From NCBI GenBank assembly GCA_013265495.1, contig MU058844.1, positions 564,941-628,940 on the forward strand: a DNA stretch of 64,000 bases, in the 5' to 3' direction. The DNA comes from Vicugna vicugna (taxonomy: Eukaryota). Below the pieces are notes generated by a model, which ran no database searches, was not told where the DNA came from, and worked only from the letters and a program-made list of their open reading frames with translations. Shown here in pieces: positions 38,121 through 50,115 of the stretch. Each line of letters opens with the position of its first letter. Position 1 is the first letter of the stretch. The translations under genes were made by a program, and so were the position numbers.

Positions 38121-38519
38121 AGTTGATGGAACTCACTGCTCACATAATAGAGGCAGCGTAGCTGAGCGGGAAGGAGTGGCCTCCACATTCCTGAAATTGC
38201 ACCAAGTTGGTAATTATCCACTTCGCAAGGGCAGAGGCGGACCCTGCCCAAATCGCAATTCTGATGATTAAACAGAGGTCATTAGATTTGACATGACAAG
38301 GGCCCCTTTCAAACGTATATAAGTTATTAATAATCTTGGACATGAATCGTGGATACCCCGTGTTTCATTTTGCTTTGGATATCGAACCCTTCTGTTAAAA
38401 GCAGTATGTATTAAATCCCATTTTAAAAGGTAAGTTTTTTGTTTTTTTTTTTTAACTCTTTCGAATTCAATCACTGAGGCCTTGGTAAAATCCTCGTTCT
38501 GGGGTTTGTTCAAAGTTCA

Positions 38520-39190
38520 TGGGAACAGCATCACAATGTACTATTCTTGCCAAAATTACTTAAGCGGAATTGAACCACAAGGAAGCAATCAGATTAACTC
38601 AGAATATGGTACATTCTACAAGACAACTGCCCCAGAGTCTTCAAAAAACTTGAAAAACAAAGCAAAACAAAAAAGGCAGGTCTGAAGGGAGGTAGAATTA
38701 GATTTTAGAAGACTAAATATATATGATAACTAAATACAATGCATAAACCTTGAATAAATGTGGATAGCACCTCCCCCCAAAAAAATCCAACTGTAAAACA
38801 CATTATGAGGCAACTGGGGAAATTTGATTATGGACTCTGTGTTAAATAATATTATTGAATCAATGGTAAATTTCTTGGGTATGACAATAGTGACTGTGTA
38901 GGACAGTATCCTTGTTTTTATAGGAGATACAAGCTTAAATATTTAGGAGTGAAGTTTCATCTCTGCAACTTTCAAATGGTTCAGTAAGAAAGTATATAAT
39001 TGTGTACATCTATATCCACAAGCATTTAGGCATATAAAGAGAAAGAAAATATTCTTTTTGGAATATCATGAGCATGGAAAATGCTAAAAACTAGTTAACC
39101 TATATGAAAGGTTTACAGGTGTTCATTAATCTATTCTTTCAACTTTTCTGTAGGTTTGAAAATTGTCAAAATAAAATGTTGAAGGAAAAA
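38520..39190 (+). mobile_element. L1MC4/5-like 3' end
   Basis: caactgggggaaatttgattatggac...ctgcaactttcaaatggttcag...caacttttctgtaggtttgaaaattgtcaaaataaaatgtt. Confidence 0.8.
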
Positions 39191-40532
39191 TTTTGTGAAA
39201 GAAAACGAGCTGGACAATCTGCGTGTATTCTTACAGCGGATGTTCAGCAAGGAGTCTTCAATACAACCTCACAAAGACTCAGGGCTCCCATCAGAGATAA
39301 AAGGTAGGGAGGTATTTAAACCCTTGGCCAATTCTTATCTGGGAAATCCTCAATTATTTACAGTCCTACCCCTGAAAACCTAAATTAGGGGATAGGTATG
39401 GAGAGAGAACTTTCTCAAAAAAAGAAAACAATAAAACAAACATATACCTGAGAGAGCAATCACTTAAAAAACACCCCAAGGACGTTAAAAATCCTTTTGA
39501 TTTTCACCAGGCATTTGGCCCATTAAGCATCAGTGTAAACTTATTAGGAATCATGTCTGCCTAGGGGATGAAGAATCAGAATTCCAGGGTTAAAAAAAAT
39601 TCTTAAGGTTTCACCTGGAATCTCTGTGGAGAAATGAGTATACCCATGTTATATTAATTACATATTTCAGGGAGAAGAAATTTCTTTTCAAGAGTAACTT
39701 CATTAAGAACAAATGAGTTCTGGGGTCATTCTCCTTGCAGCTTAATTACCATGTTCTGAAGCAGTTTGAGATCTTAATGACTTGACTCCTTCGTATCCAC
39801 TGGTGTCAAATTTAAAACCAACCACACAAAATGTTGGGGGCAAAAAGTAGTCCAGTAAACAAACTTATTAATAGAAATGAAATCCCACAGGGAACACGGA
39901 CACACTCAAGTCAGTGGGATATTAAATTCCTGTGATAAGTTAACATGGATTAAGCAAAACTTTTTATAGTGCAAGTTCTTAGTATCAAATTTTGAAGCAC
40001 AGCAATATCTAATAATATAATTATTTATATTAACCATTTCTAATAGGTTGCAAATAATGCTAAAGGGATATCTTTGAAGGAAAACATTGATTTATTCAAT
40101 AAATAATTACTGGATACCCATTCTATTTCTAATTTGGGAATAAAGCCAGGGCCATACCTTCCTGAAATTCACTCTCTACAGATGACGTAGACTTAAATCA
40201 CAATAGCAAGAAATGCTATGTAAGAGTAGTTTGTAGATGTGGCTTCATTTTTGTGAACATTAATAATCACAGAAGAAAATTATCAAATATAGAATTATTT
40301 TTAATATACATAAAGTTTTTGTGAATTTCTTCATTGTACAAAGGTTTTGTGGAGGCTTTAAATTAATTTTCTAAAATCACTTCTTAAATGCTGAAGGTTG
40401 AAACCTTTATTTTCTTGCTTAGTTCCCCTATCCCAATATTCTCAGATAGGGTGATTGACAGGATTGGTATCCGTGTATGTGCTGATGGGCAGGAAAGATG
40501 CATGGGAATTTACTCAGAGTCCTCCACTCCAT

Positions 40533-40800
40533 CAGCATGGTGGTGTAGTTCAGTAGTTAAAGGTGCCTATACTAGGGTTAGATTCTTGCCTTCAAGTCCA
40601 GAATTTGCCACTTGGTAGCTGGGTTGTCTTGGATAAGTTGCTTAACTTTCCTAAACCCAGTTTCCTCAGCTGAAAATGGGGATAGTAACAGTACTACATC
40701 CTTCCTTGCTTTTTTTTTTTTTCTGGTATTCTAAATGAGATGATGCAGGTAAAGTACTTGGCAGAAAGTAAGTCCTCAATAGACTTTAGCTATTTTATGT
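40533..40800 (+). mobile_element. MIR SINE
   Basis: ttggataagttgcttaactttcctaaacccagtttcctcagctgaaaatgggga. Confidence 0.8.
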
Positions 40801-41259
40801 TTACTTTAATTATTATGACTATTAGGTTGTCTGATCATTCATAACCTTTCCTAATCTTGGTGTGCTCACTGACTTTTTTTTCTGACTTCCCAAGTTGAAT
40901 GCAGGTAGATTCCTGATTTCATACTGAATGTATTCATCTTCTAATCTTGTATGTATAATAATCAAAGTGGGCTTTATTCTCATAGAGGTAAAAAATAAAA
41001 TTTTAGCAGCAGTATGAAAACTGAAATTTGATATAGGAAAGAAGGTTTAAATGTATCAGAGATTAATATATGAAAGTGCAGGTTGTTTAAAAGGCAAACA
41101 TACAAAATTGAGAACAGTCTTTTCCCTGGATGAATATCTGGGTTGACTGCATGTAGATTAGAGTGCTCATGAGACCAGCTCTTTCTGAGTCCACTGGGGA
41201 TTTTTCTAGTGACTCTGGGAAATTGACATATTTTTGCTTTTACATTTTTATGCTGGACA

Positions 41260-41675
41260 GTGTGACAGAGATGGCTAGTTGTCCCAGTATTCTTTTCTGC
41301 CTTCTTTTTTGTTAGAGAACACTGGTTTTTAGTTGGATTTATGGCTAGTCAGACTATAGACTACATTTCCCAGGCTCCCTTGCAGCTCACTGAGGTCACA
41401 TGACTAAGTTCCAGCCAAAGGACTGTGAAAAGATGTGTTCTTGGGAGGAGAGATGTGCTCTCCTTCCTTTCCCCATTCTGTCAGCCAGGATGTGAACACT
41501 GGTGAGCGACGTGGACCATGCAGCTAAGGGTAACACCCTAAGAAAAGTGGAAGAAATCTGGGTTTGTGACACTATGGAGCAGCCATATTATATGAGGGAG
41601 AGAAATAAATTTCTATTTTGTTTAAGTACGGTTACTTGGTTTCCATTACTGCAGTCGTGTCTATGTCATAAATAA
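41260..41675 (+). mobile_element. MaLR LTR, MLT1H/I/J-like
   Basis: gactacatttcccaggctcccttgcagct...catgactaagttccagcca...gagagaaataaatttctattttgtttaag. Confidence 0.75.
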
Positions 41676-43179
41676 CGCGGGTAGGGATGAGTTGGTAGCA
41701 GACGTGTCTCCCTAGCTCTTCTCCCAGTCTTCTTCTTTGTGGCTTGAATCTTGGAGAAAAAAATGCTGGGGTGTGTGTGTGTGTGTTTTGTTTTACTCTG
41801 TGTGTAAGAATTCATTTATTCAACATATACAGTATTTATATTGAGAGTGCCAGGCATTTAACCAGGTATGTGTGTATATATATATAATTGTAATTTCTAT
41901 GCTTAATGAACATACACTCTAGAATTGGGAGAATCTATACAGTATGAGAAGTACTACAAGACTAAATGAACAAGATAATGGGCATTAGAAAGTTTCAGAA
42001 AACCTGGGCCACTATTTTTACTCTAAACTTGTGAAAATTGAAAGACAGTTTCCAGAAGGACAAGGGATGGAAGTTGACTTCATTTAGTTTTTTCCATTTT
42101 AGACAGAACACCCTCAATTCTGTATCAGATTGTCCCTCTATGGTCTTTGGCTCTTTTTTGGCACCTGTCCCCTTCCCCACTCCTGCAATGCCCCTGCTCC
42201 AGAGGCCTCCATTATCTCACAAACCTGGCCCTCCTCTGTCCCTTTATGCCAGCCAGCCAGCCAGCATCGTTGCCCCAGTTTCACAGACAGAGCAACTGAG
42301 TCACTTTTCTATTGTTACTGTACCAAAGTTAACCAGTGAGTCATGCTAAAGTCCTAGAACCAGATCCTAATTCTTGTTCCTGGCATCATTCACGGAGCTG
42401 AATTACACTGAAGGTTCAAGAGGATGTTGGCCTTTGAACAGCTTAGAGAGGAACGCATTTTGTGTGACTGAGTCAAAAACAAGGATTAACTCTCTCTTGA
42501 AACTTGCAGGCCTGAAAAATAAAAAGGGGGAGAAATGTATCTGTGTAACATCATCATCATACCAAAAGGATTCTTAACGGCTCTCTAAATGTTCTACAAA
42601 TTCTCTAGCTCATGGCTTCCTTAGTACTGGGTTTTTAAATAGAAAATATCTTATTTGCAGTTGAGGCAATCAATTTTCTTCATCTTAAGACAGTCGCTTC
42701 TGTGAATTTAGATCTGAGAGGAAACTAAATTTATTTCCTTCTTTTCACAAGAAAATCTTTAAAGTATCCGGCAGAAAAGAAATGAGCTCGTTCATGTAAT
42801 AAAATTAGTAACAAAAACCATTCCAAACACATGCTGTTCATATTTAGTAGGGAGATGCTTTTTGTGCAGCATTTTCTGCATAACTTAGAATTTCCTAAAT
42901 TTTTTCCTTTCCTTGTGTTTTTCTTTGCATCACATGTCACCCTATTTATTCATCCTGTCACACCTCCCCACCCCCTACCCAGCAAAACTGATGAGAGACA
43001 CAAGGTGTGTCTGCAGTAGTAACTCTGGATTTAAAAGTAGCTACAGTATCAGTCTGAAGGCAAGTTATAGCTTTTGTGTATTAAACTTGGTGATTTTATC
43101 CTTTGTCTCATAGCTGTGGGAGAAGGGAATATTTTGGAAAGCAGGAAGCAGGATTTCTTACTGGGAATAAGGAACACTT

Positions 43180-43530
43180 AAAGCTGTCTTTCTAAAAATT
43201 ATCACTTGCACCAACCCTTCAGACCCAACCCCAGACACCTTGAGCCAGGAGCCTCACAAATAGGTCCTAGGAATCTGCATTTTCACAAGCTTCCCAGGTG
43301 GTTCTTATGTCCATCAAAATTTCTACAGTTCCTGCACTGAAGAGGTCCATGGCTGGCCTTCAGGGGCCCTGTGAAGCCACTGATGTGTATACAAAGTGTG
43401 GTGTGTGTACATATGTGCATTTTTCTGAGGAAGATTCTTGGAGTCAGACATGCTACCGTTGTGCCATGAGGTCCTATCTGAGGGAGATTCTTAAAGGGAT
43501 CTCTGAGTTTAGAAAAATCTTAAGGACCTA
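43180..43530. mobile_element. Two adjacent hAT-Charlie MITE fragments (MER5-like plus a second element)
   Basis: cctaggaatctgcattttcacaagcttcccaggtggttcttatg; gaggtccatggctggccttcagggg...attcttaaagggatc. Confidence 0.55.
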
Positions 43531-43544
43531 AATGGACAATAACT

Positions 43545-44690
43545 GTAGGAAAAATAAGGCCCAATCTCACTTATTAGTGAACAAGAATATGCAAGTTAAA
43601 ACAACAAGATTATTGCTTTCCCCCACAAATTTTTGAAAAATCTGACACTATGGTGTCAAACATATCCAAACGTAGGAATTCTTATACATTGCTGATAGTT
43701 ACAGACATTTTGGGGAGGAATTTGATGACAGCTAGTAAAACTTAACATACGTTCTCTTTACAACCCAGCAAGTCCACTTTTAAGTAAATACAAACTCTTG
43801 AAAGTAATGAGCATGACATGTTTAAGGATATTATATGGGATAGTGTTTAAAATTGATGAAAATTGGAAACAACCAAAATATCCACCAATAGGGGGATAGA
43901 TAAGTAAAATGTATTATAATTCATGATAGATAACTATGATAAGGAATGGTCTAAGTCCATATGTTAATAATAATGAAAATAATAATAGTAAATACCGGCA
44001 CTGTTTTAAGAGCTTTGTATATATTAAAAAAAAGCTGAATCTCCATATTGCTGCAAATGGCATTATTTCATTCTTTTTTATGGCTGAGTAGTATTCCATC
44101 GTGTGTATATGTATGTGTGTGTGTATATATATACACCACATCTTCTTTATCTAGTCATCTGTTGATGGACATTTAGATTTTTTTCCATGTCTTGGCTATT
44201 GTAAATAGAGCTGCTATAAACATTGGGGTGCATGTGTTTTTACAAATTAGAATTTTCTCCAGATATATGCTCAGGAGTGGGATTACTTGGTCATATGGTA
44301 AGTCTATTTTTAGTTTTTTAAGGAACCTCCATACTGTCCTACATAATGACAACACTTCAATAAAATTAAAAAAACAAAAAGAAAAAAGCTGAATCTCAAA
44401 ACTTTATATTGAGTGAAAAAAATGCATAACAAATGATACAATATTGTGATACTACTTATGTTTAAAAGTACAAAATAATGTGTATATGGCTTATCATACT
44501 ATGTATGTAATAAAAATATTAAAACATGGATTTCAAAAATATATACAAAATTCTCTTTAATGGTAGTCTAGGGTGGCACTAGGGAGGACTTACAAGACTA
44601 GGGTCATTTTGGTCTACTTCAACTTTATCATATATATATGTTATTTTCAAAAGACCTAAAATTAATAAACATTTACATGATACGAGACCA
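43545..44690 (+). mobile_element. Old L1ME fragment (host of the younger inverted L1)
   Basis: atatgcaagttaaaacaacaaga...aaaattggaaacaaccaaaatatccaccaatagggg...tatattgagtgaaaaaa. Confidence 0.7.
44044..44381. mobile_element. Young L1 insertion with 5' inversion (twin-priming structure)
   Basis: 16-bp TSD aaaaaagctgaatctc (44028-44043, 44382-44397); antisense L1 at 44044-44348 ([17 protein letters not shown] on the minus strand); sense 3' tip tgacaacacttcaataaa plus A tail at 44347-44381. Confidence 0.85.
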
Positions 44691-44700
44691 ATTAGCAAGG

Positions 44701-45022
44701 TGTCACGGTTAATCTTATGTGTCAACTTGACTGGGCTAAGGGATGCCCAAAGAGCTGGAAAAATGATATTTCTGAGTGTGTCTGTGAGGGTATTTCTAGA
44801 AAATCAGGAGACTGAGTAAGGATCACCTTCACCAATGTGAGTGGGCATCATCCAACCCACTGAGGGCATGAGTGAAACAAAAAGGCAGAGGAAGGGCAGA
44901 TTTGCTCTCTGGCTGAGCTGGGACATTCATCTGCTCCTGCCCTCGGACACTGGCATTCTGAGTCTTGGGCTTTCAGACTCAGACTAGGACTTAGACCATT
45001 GGCCTCCCAGTTTTCAGGTCTT
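44701..45022 (+). mobile_element. ERVL LTR, MLT2-like (5' part)
   Basis: tgtcacggttaatcttatgtgtcaacttgactgggctaagggatgccca...ggcatcatccaacccactgaggg. Confidence 0.9.
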
Positions 45023-45591
45023 CTCAGAATTCACAATATTCAGGGAGAAAAAGGGTTTGGTGTTACCAGGCATGTGCCTTATGCTTAAGATTGGGAAAAT
45101 TGGGAAAAACCAAAATATGCAACTTTGATTTAAATAAAAGTGTGTCTTCCCCACCCCCACCCCATCCCCTGCCACTCCTGTTCCCCCTGTACATAGAATA
45201 AAAAGAGAAGGAAAAAAGGATTAGGAAATAAAAAATAGTTATGACACTCAGGGAATTCTCCTTCCAACCAGATTTCAATTTTAGAGCCTCTTTACCTCAC
45301 ACTTCTCTGTCCTCTTTGTCCTCAGGATTAAGTGGCCCTACAAAGATCTCCACATTTGGTCCCAGCATCCTTCCGGTTCTCCCTACCCCAACCCATATGG
45401 GTTCCTCCCCTTTCATTTTTGGTGTTCTGCCTTTGCCCATGCTGCTTCCTTTGCTTGGAATGACTTCTCTCTGACTGCTTGCCTGGGAATGCGTAATCAT
45501 CTTTCAAGAACCAGCTCAAAACTCACCTCCTCAGTTAAGGCTCCCCTGGAAGAGGAGTGGTACAGTTATTTTCCCCATGTATGCTTACCAG

Positions 45592-46079
45592 TGCTATCAA
45601 TGCCCTTTAGCCAAAGACCACCACGAACATGCCAATAATGAAGCAAGATGGGCTTGTTACTCACTGATGGAGGGAGAACATACTCCTTGGAGAACCACAG
45701 GGTGTCTCAGTAACAGAGTGTTAGGTAGAACTTACAAGATCTGAGCTTTGGTTGGATGATTTTCAGGGGGCATCTGAGAAATCGAGGATCTGCTGTAGAT
45801 TGGAAACCACCAGAGAGCAAGGGGAGTTCTGTGATTGGGTGTTCCGTGGGTGGCACAGGGATCCAGTTTTTGTCTTTGCATAGATAAAGTGGCCATGTTT
45901 TGTTTCATCTTATCATGATTCAGAGTAAGCTTATCTGAGGCTGGTGTTCTATGAAATTGTTTATGTCCAACAGAAGAGAGAAAAATTGCCTGGCTGTGCG
46001 TGTCAGATGATCTTATAGTGCTATTAGGGTCCAGCTGTGATTATTTCCAGATGTCAAGAGCTGCTTTCTTTCTTTCTCA
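45592..46079 (-). mobile_element. Probable old ERV1 solo LTR
   Basis: About 490 bp bounded by TG...CA, interrupting L2; ccaaagaccacca...ggagaaccacagggtgtctcagtaa. Family uncertain. Confidence 0.5.
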
Positions 46080-46151
46080 GCACCTACAATGCACCAGTCA
46101 TTATACTTTGATATTGTACACTTGTCTTTTACATCACTCAGTATATTGTAT

Positions 46152-47390
46152 TGTGTAGCAGGCAGTGTGGTTACCTCTCAAGATCCATTCTAACCCTTTT
46201 GCACAGTGGGGCAGCCATGGAATGTCGGTGAGACTGACTCCACCTCCAGCTTCAATGACGGGCCCTAATTTGTCTAGAACCCCCCAGTGACTGGTTCAAG
46301 AAAGGGTGTTGTAGATGGGGTTCCATGGAAATAGACACTGAGATTTGCGTGCAAGAGATTTGGTGCGGAGATGCTCACAGAAATGATGTTATGGAGCAAG
46401 AGAAGCCTAATGGGACAGAAGGAAATGTTGCAAAAAGATCCTTGCCTGATCCCCCACAGGAACTCTGAAGCTGGGATGTCCCTTTGGAGACATCTAAATT
46501 GAGGTAGGGCATTTGTACCAACCCAATGACCAGCCCTTCAAAGCAATTTCTTCCCAAGAAGGGCAGGCGGCTCCTTTTGGTGAGGGCAGGGCCTGGATTC
46601 GGGGAGCTCAGCTGTGAACCATGAGCAGCAACCTCTCCCAGCAGTCGTGGGATGGGAATTTCAATCCTGAAAAGAAGATCTGGTTGGAGTAGCCACTACA
46701 ATGGACAAATTTAAACAGGTTATTTTCTTGTCTGCTGATAATTTCACCTTCTAGAGGATAGGCTTTTGCTGCTAATTCTATCCAACAAGGAGCACTTGGT
46801 GGGTAATATGAAGAGCCTTGGGAGGCAAGTTACTATTACTTATTTAAACACATTGTCTAAGGCTAAGCCAGCTGCGAGTACCATACCTTGGGTACAGTGA
46901 TTATTTCAGGGGAGCTCAGGAATTTTTTTGACGGTTAAGGGAAGACAAGCTTGTTCTTCCACTAGACACTAGCAAGAAAGCATACAGTCCCAGTTGTTGT
47001 TTGCACCATTGGGACAAAACCAGCACACGGAAGGTGGAAGAACTGAGAGATGTGTAGAGAAAGAGGGTGGCAGCGTGCGGGAGCTAGCCTACCCCACACC
47101 AGAGAGGGTTGTGTACATCTCTTCCCAGTTCTGTGTTCAGCGACTTCATGTCTACAGCTTGAAATAAACAGGCCATGGTGGGAGTGTTTACCACATGGAA
47201 ATTGGCAAGCACTATGAATCAAAGCTTGTTCTCTGGGGAATTAGTTGTTACACACATTCCAGCACACCACTGAAGGAGCCCAAATCAAACCATACCTGAA
47301 GCCTGCCCTTCCTCTGGACATTTCAGTTACATGAGTCAACAGACTCTTGTATTATATAAGCTGTTTTGACTCCTGATTATCACATACAAT
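46152..47390 (+). mobile_element. Old MLT1 LTR halves flanking an LTR16-like insert (~46310-46700)
   Basis: MLT1 3' end ccatacctgaagcc...ctctggacatttcagttacatgagtcaac at 47290-47340; insert begins tgtagatggggttccatggaaatagacactgagat. Confidence 0.55.
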
Positions 47391-47639
47391 TTATCTGCTT
47401 GCACATTTGTTTTCTTCAATATGCTGAAAGCTTCCTAGAAGTCAGGGAGAATACTTATCTTTGAATTGTCATGGCCTAGAACATACTCAGAACCCAATGT
47501 AGATTGAATAAATGAAGCTGGATGATGCTTGAACTGAAAAGGAGTGAGCAAGAATTGGTAAAAGGAAAATAAAAGTATTTAAGATGAGTGAAAGTACAGG
47601 TGTTCAAATAGTCCATTCTTCTGGTCTAAACAAATTACA

Positions 47640-48140
47640 TTCCACAGTCGAAGGAACCATGAGAAGCTGTAGATACATGAGAGAAGGTGAAAGATAAGAT
47701 AGGCAGATGCTTACCTGATTTTTCAATGAGGAAAGTGAATTCTGTAATCTATACAGCTTCCTGATTATCTCATTCAGTTTCTGGAAGAGATTATTGAAAT
47801 GTTGATTTGGATGATTCAAATGATTATTGAAGGAGAGGGAGCAATGTTCACCAATGTTCAGGACATGCTCATTAATAATGAAAGAAATGTAAAAATAGAG
47901 CAATCATGGGTTTGCCTGATGTGACATGGCCATAGAATTAAACTTAACAGGCATAAATGAAAGACACTTGGATTTGGGTCCAGTACACCCACGGCACACT
48001 TTCAGGATGTGACACAGCTTAGCAGCAACGTGTATGCCGAAGGTTGAGAGTTTCATTTGACAGTAAAGCCAACGTGAGTCATCGATGTGATGTGACCACC
48101 AGGAAAGCTACTGCCATCCTAAATTGCATTTAATGAAGCT
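47640..48140 (+). mobile_element. L3/CR1 RT fragment
   Basis: gtgagtcatcgatgtgatgtgaccaccaggaaagctactgccatcctaaattgcatt resembles the CR1 'QC..AAKKAN..LGCI' coding region. Confidence 0.6.
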
Positions 48141-48684
48141 TAGTTTGGTCTTGCAACTTGCTGCTGGATGTGATGTACAAGATCCCGTTTGACACCATTT
48201 TGAGTAGTTTGTTCTTCCTCCCTCAAACCTGGCAGCCTTATTGAGTAACCAAGGTGTGTGATTCAGCAGGGCTGGTACCTGCTAATGAATCACATTTGTG
48301 GTTGCGTGGAGAGTGAGGCCCACCCAGATTCAGGCGACCTGACTAACCGTTCATGTGCCATTACTGCGCTTTGAGGGATGTCACTACCTGGTGGAGCTGG
48401 TCTTCCCACAGAGCCCGTCCCTTGCAGTGTTTTTTGAGAAGATTCTCGATGCTGTTGCTGATCTATAGGCTCCTCACCTCTCTGGCACCTTTGTCTCCAT
48501 TTCACATCCATGGGACATGAACACAGATGAGAAAAAGGAAACAGCAACTCTTGGCATTCGTATCTCCCCCGTCCCTCATTGCCTCTCCCTCCACGGGCAC
48601 GTGTGTGCGCACACACACACCCTTCTCTCAAGGAGACACGTGCACGTGGTCTCTACAGTCAGACAGCCACAGCCCTGATGTCCT

Positions 48685-48880
48685 GGCTTCCATTCTTGGC
48701 TTAGCTGCTCATTGGCTGTGATCCTTGACAAGTTCCCTAAAACCCCTAAGCCTCAGTTTCCTCATCTGTAAAGAGGGCAAAATGGTGGCTTCCACAGTGA
48801 GGATGAAGGCGAATGAGACATGGAAAGCATGTAGCCCAGGGCCTGGTACAGGGGAGTCTCCACATGTGCCGTTATGCTTG
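48685..48880 (+). mobile_element. MIR SINE
   Basis: ggctgtgatccttgacaagttccctaaaacccctaagcctcagtttcctcatctgtaaa. Confidence 0.8.
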
Positions 48881-50093
48881 TAGCAAACCTTGCTTTTTTA
48901 TTATAGTTCTGTTTTTATTGTTATTATTGTCATTCACCACCACCTTCCTTTATTTCCTTTTTTTCTGGTTCATGTATTTAAATGGGAAGACACTGCATCT
49001 CTATTTTATCTAGCCTTTCCCTGAAACCTAGCTTTTCCTTCTTTGAAGAATTCAGGCAAGAAACTGCGGTGGTATTAGCACTGTGATTCTGTCGCCATAG
49101 AAATCTTTTCATATCATCTGATAGTTGATGCAGGCATCTCAAAACATTGTTTTCTCCTCTCTCTCTTTGAAATGAAAGAAGTCATTTGACCCTTCATCAG
49201 ATCTTGTTATTTAAAGCATTGATAGAGGAGTACAAATATCACTATATCACAGTATTTAAAACTTTGATAATTCTAACAGTGCAATTATTTTCCCTTATAA
49301 TTTTACAAATCTAAAATTTATTCTGAGAAGAGGTCTATAATCTTTACCAGCCTGCCAGAGGGGGCCATGACACATAACCCCTGCCCTGGGCCGTGTGGCT
49401 TCTTCTGGTGTCAGCTTGGTTGGTTAAAGGGCAGTGAAGGTCATAGAAGTCCCCTTGTAGCGTCAGTTCACTTCATTTCATTCCGTTCATCAGCGCTATG
49501 TTCAGACCAAGTCATGACCAGCATGTACAGAGACCCAGAAGTTGTAAGACATCCCCCCCATCCCCAACAAGCCCATGGATTTGATGGGAAACAGAATGCC
49601 CTGTGGATGGTGGATTAGTCTTGGCATTGCATTTAGGAGGGATGGGCCATTTGGACATGGAACTCATTAGTTGGCAAAACAGTAAAGACAGAAATGAATC
49701 ACTTGTGACTGGTGGAGGGACCTGTGATGTATCAGCAGTTCTTCATTCTGGCTCCCTCTCTCTTTCTCTCTGTCTCTCTCAGTCCAGGCCTTTCAGTCTC
49801 CCTCTAGTAAGGCTCCCCACTTCCTATTCCTTTCCCTCCTAATCCTCACTTCTTTCTTTCTCTTCATCTTTGTTTCTGCTTCTCTCTCTTTCTCTCATTC
49901 CTCACCTGCCCCTTTTCTTTCTCTCCAATTCCCTTTTCCCCATTTCTTCAGGGAGGAAACAGTAGAAGATTCTGAATTTAGTCACTGAACACAGAGTGGA
50001 CATTCTTCTGTACTTGGCCTTGTGTTCTTGACACTGACACTTGGTCCTGGGCCTGTGCTTGCTCCCCTTTCTGTCAGCATGTGCGCACTCATG

Positions 50094-50115
50094 CACACAC
50101 ACACACACACACACA
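50094..50115. repeat. (CA)11 microsatellite
   Basis: Read directly. Confidence 0.9.

Larger units (their letters stand above)
45380..47516 (+). mobile_element. L2 3' region split by nested LTRs
   Basis: ctttgcccatgctgcttcc...atctttcaagaaccagctcaaaactcacctcctc (45430-45550), resumes at ~46080-46150 and ends with the L2 tail tgaataaatgaa at ~47515. Confidence 0.6.

Noticed and set aside
39237..39303. Possible 67-nt exon (ttacag ... aaaag|gtaggg)
   Set aside because: Weak pyrimidine tract, and no reading frame gives a recognisable peptide.
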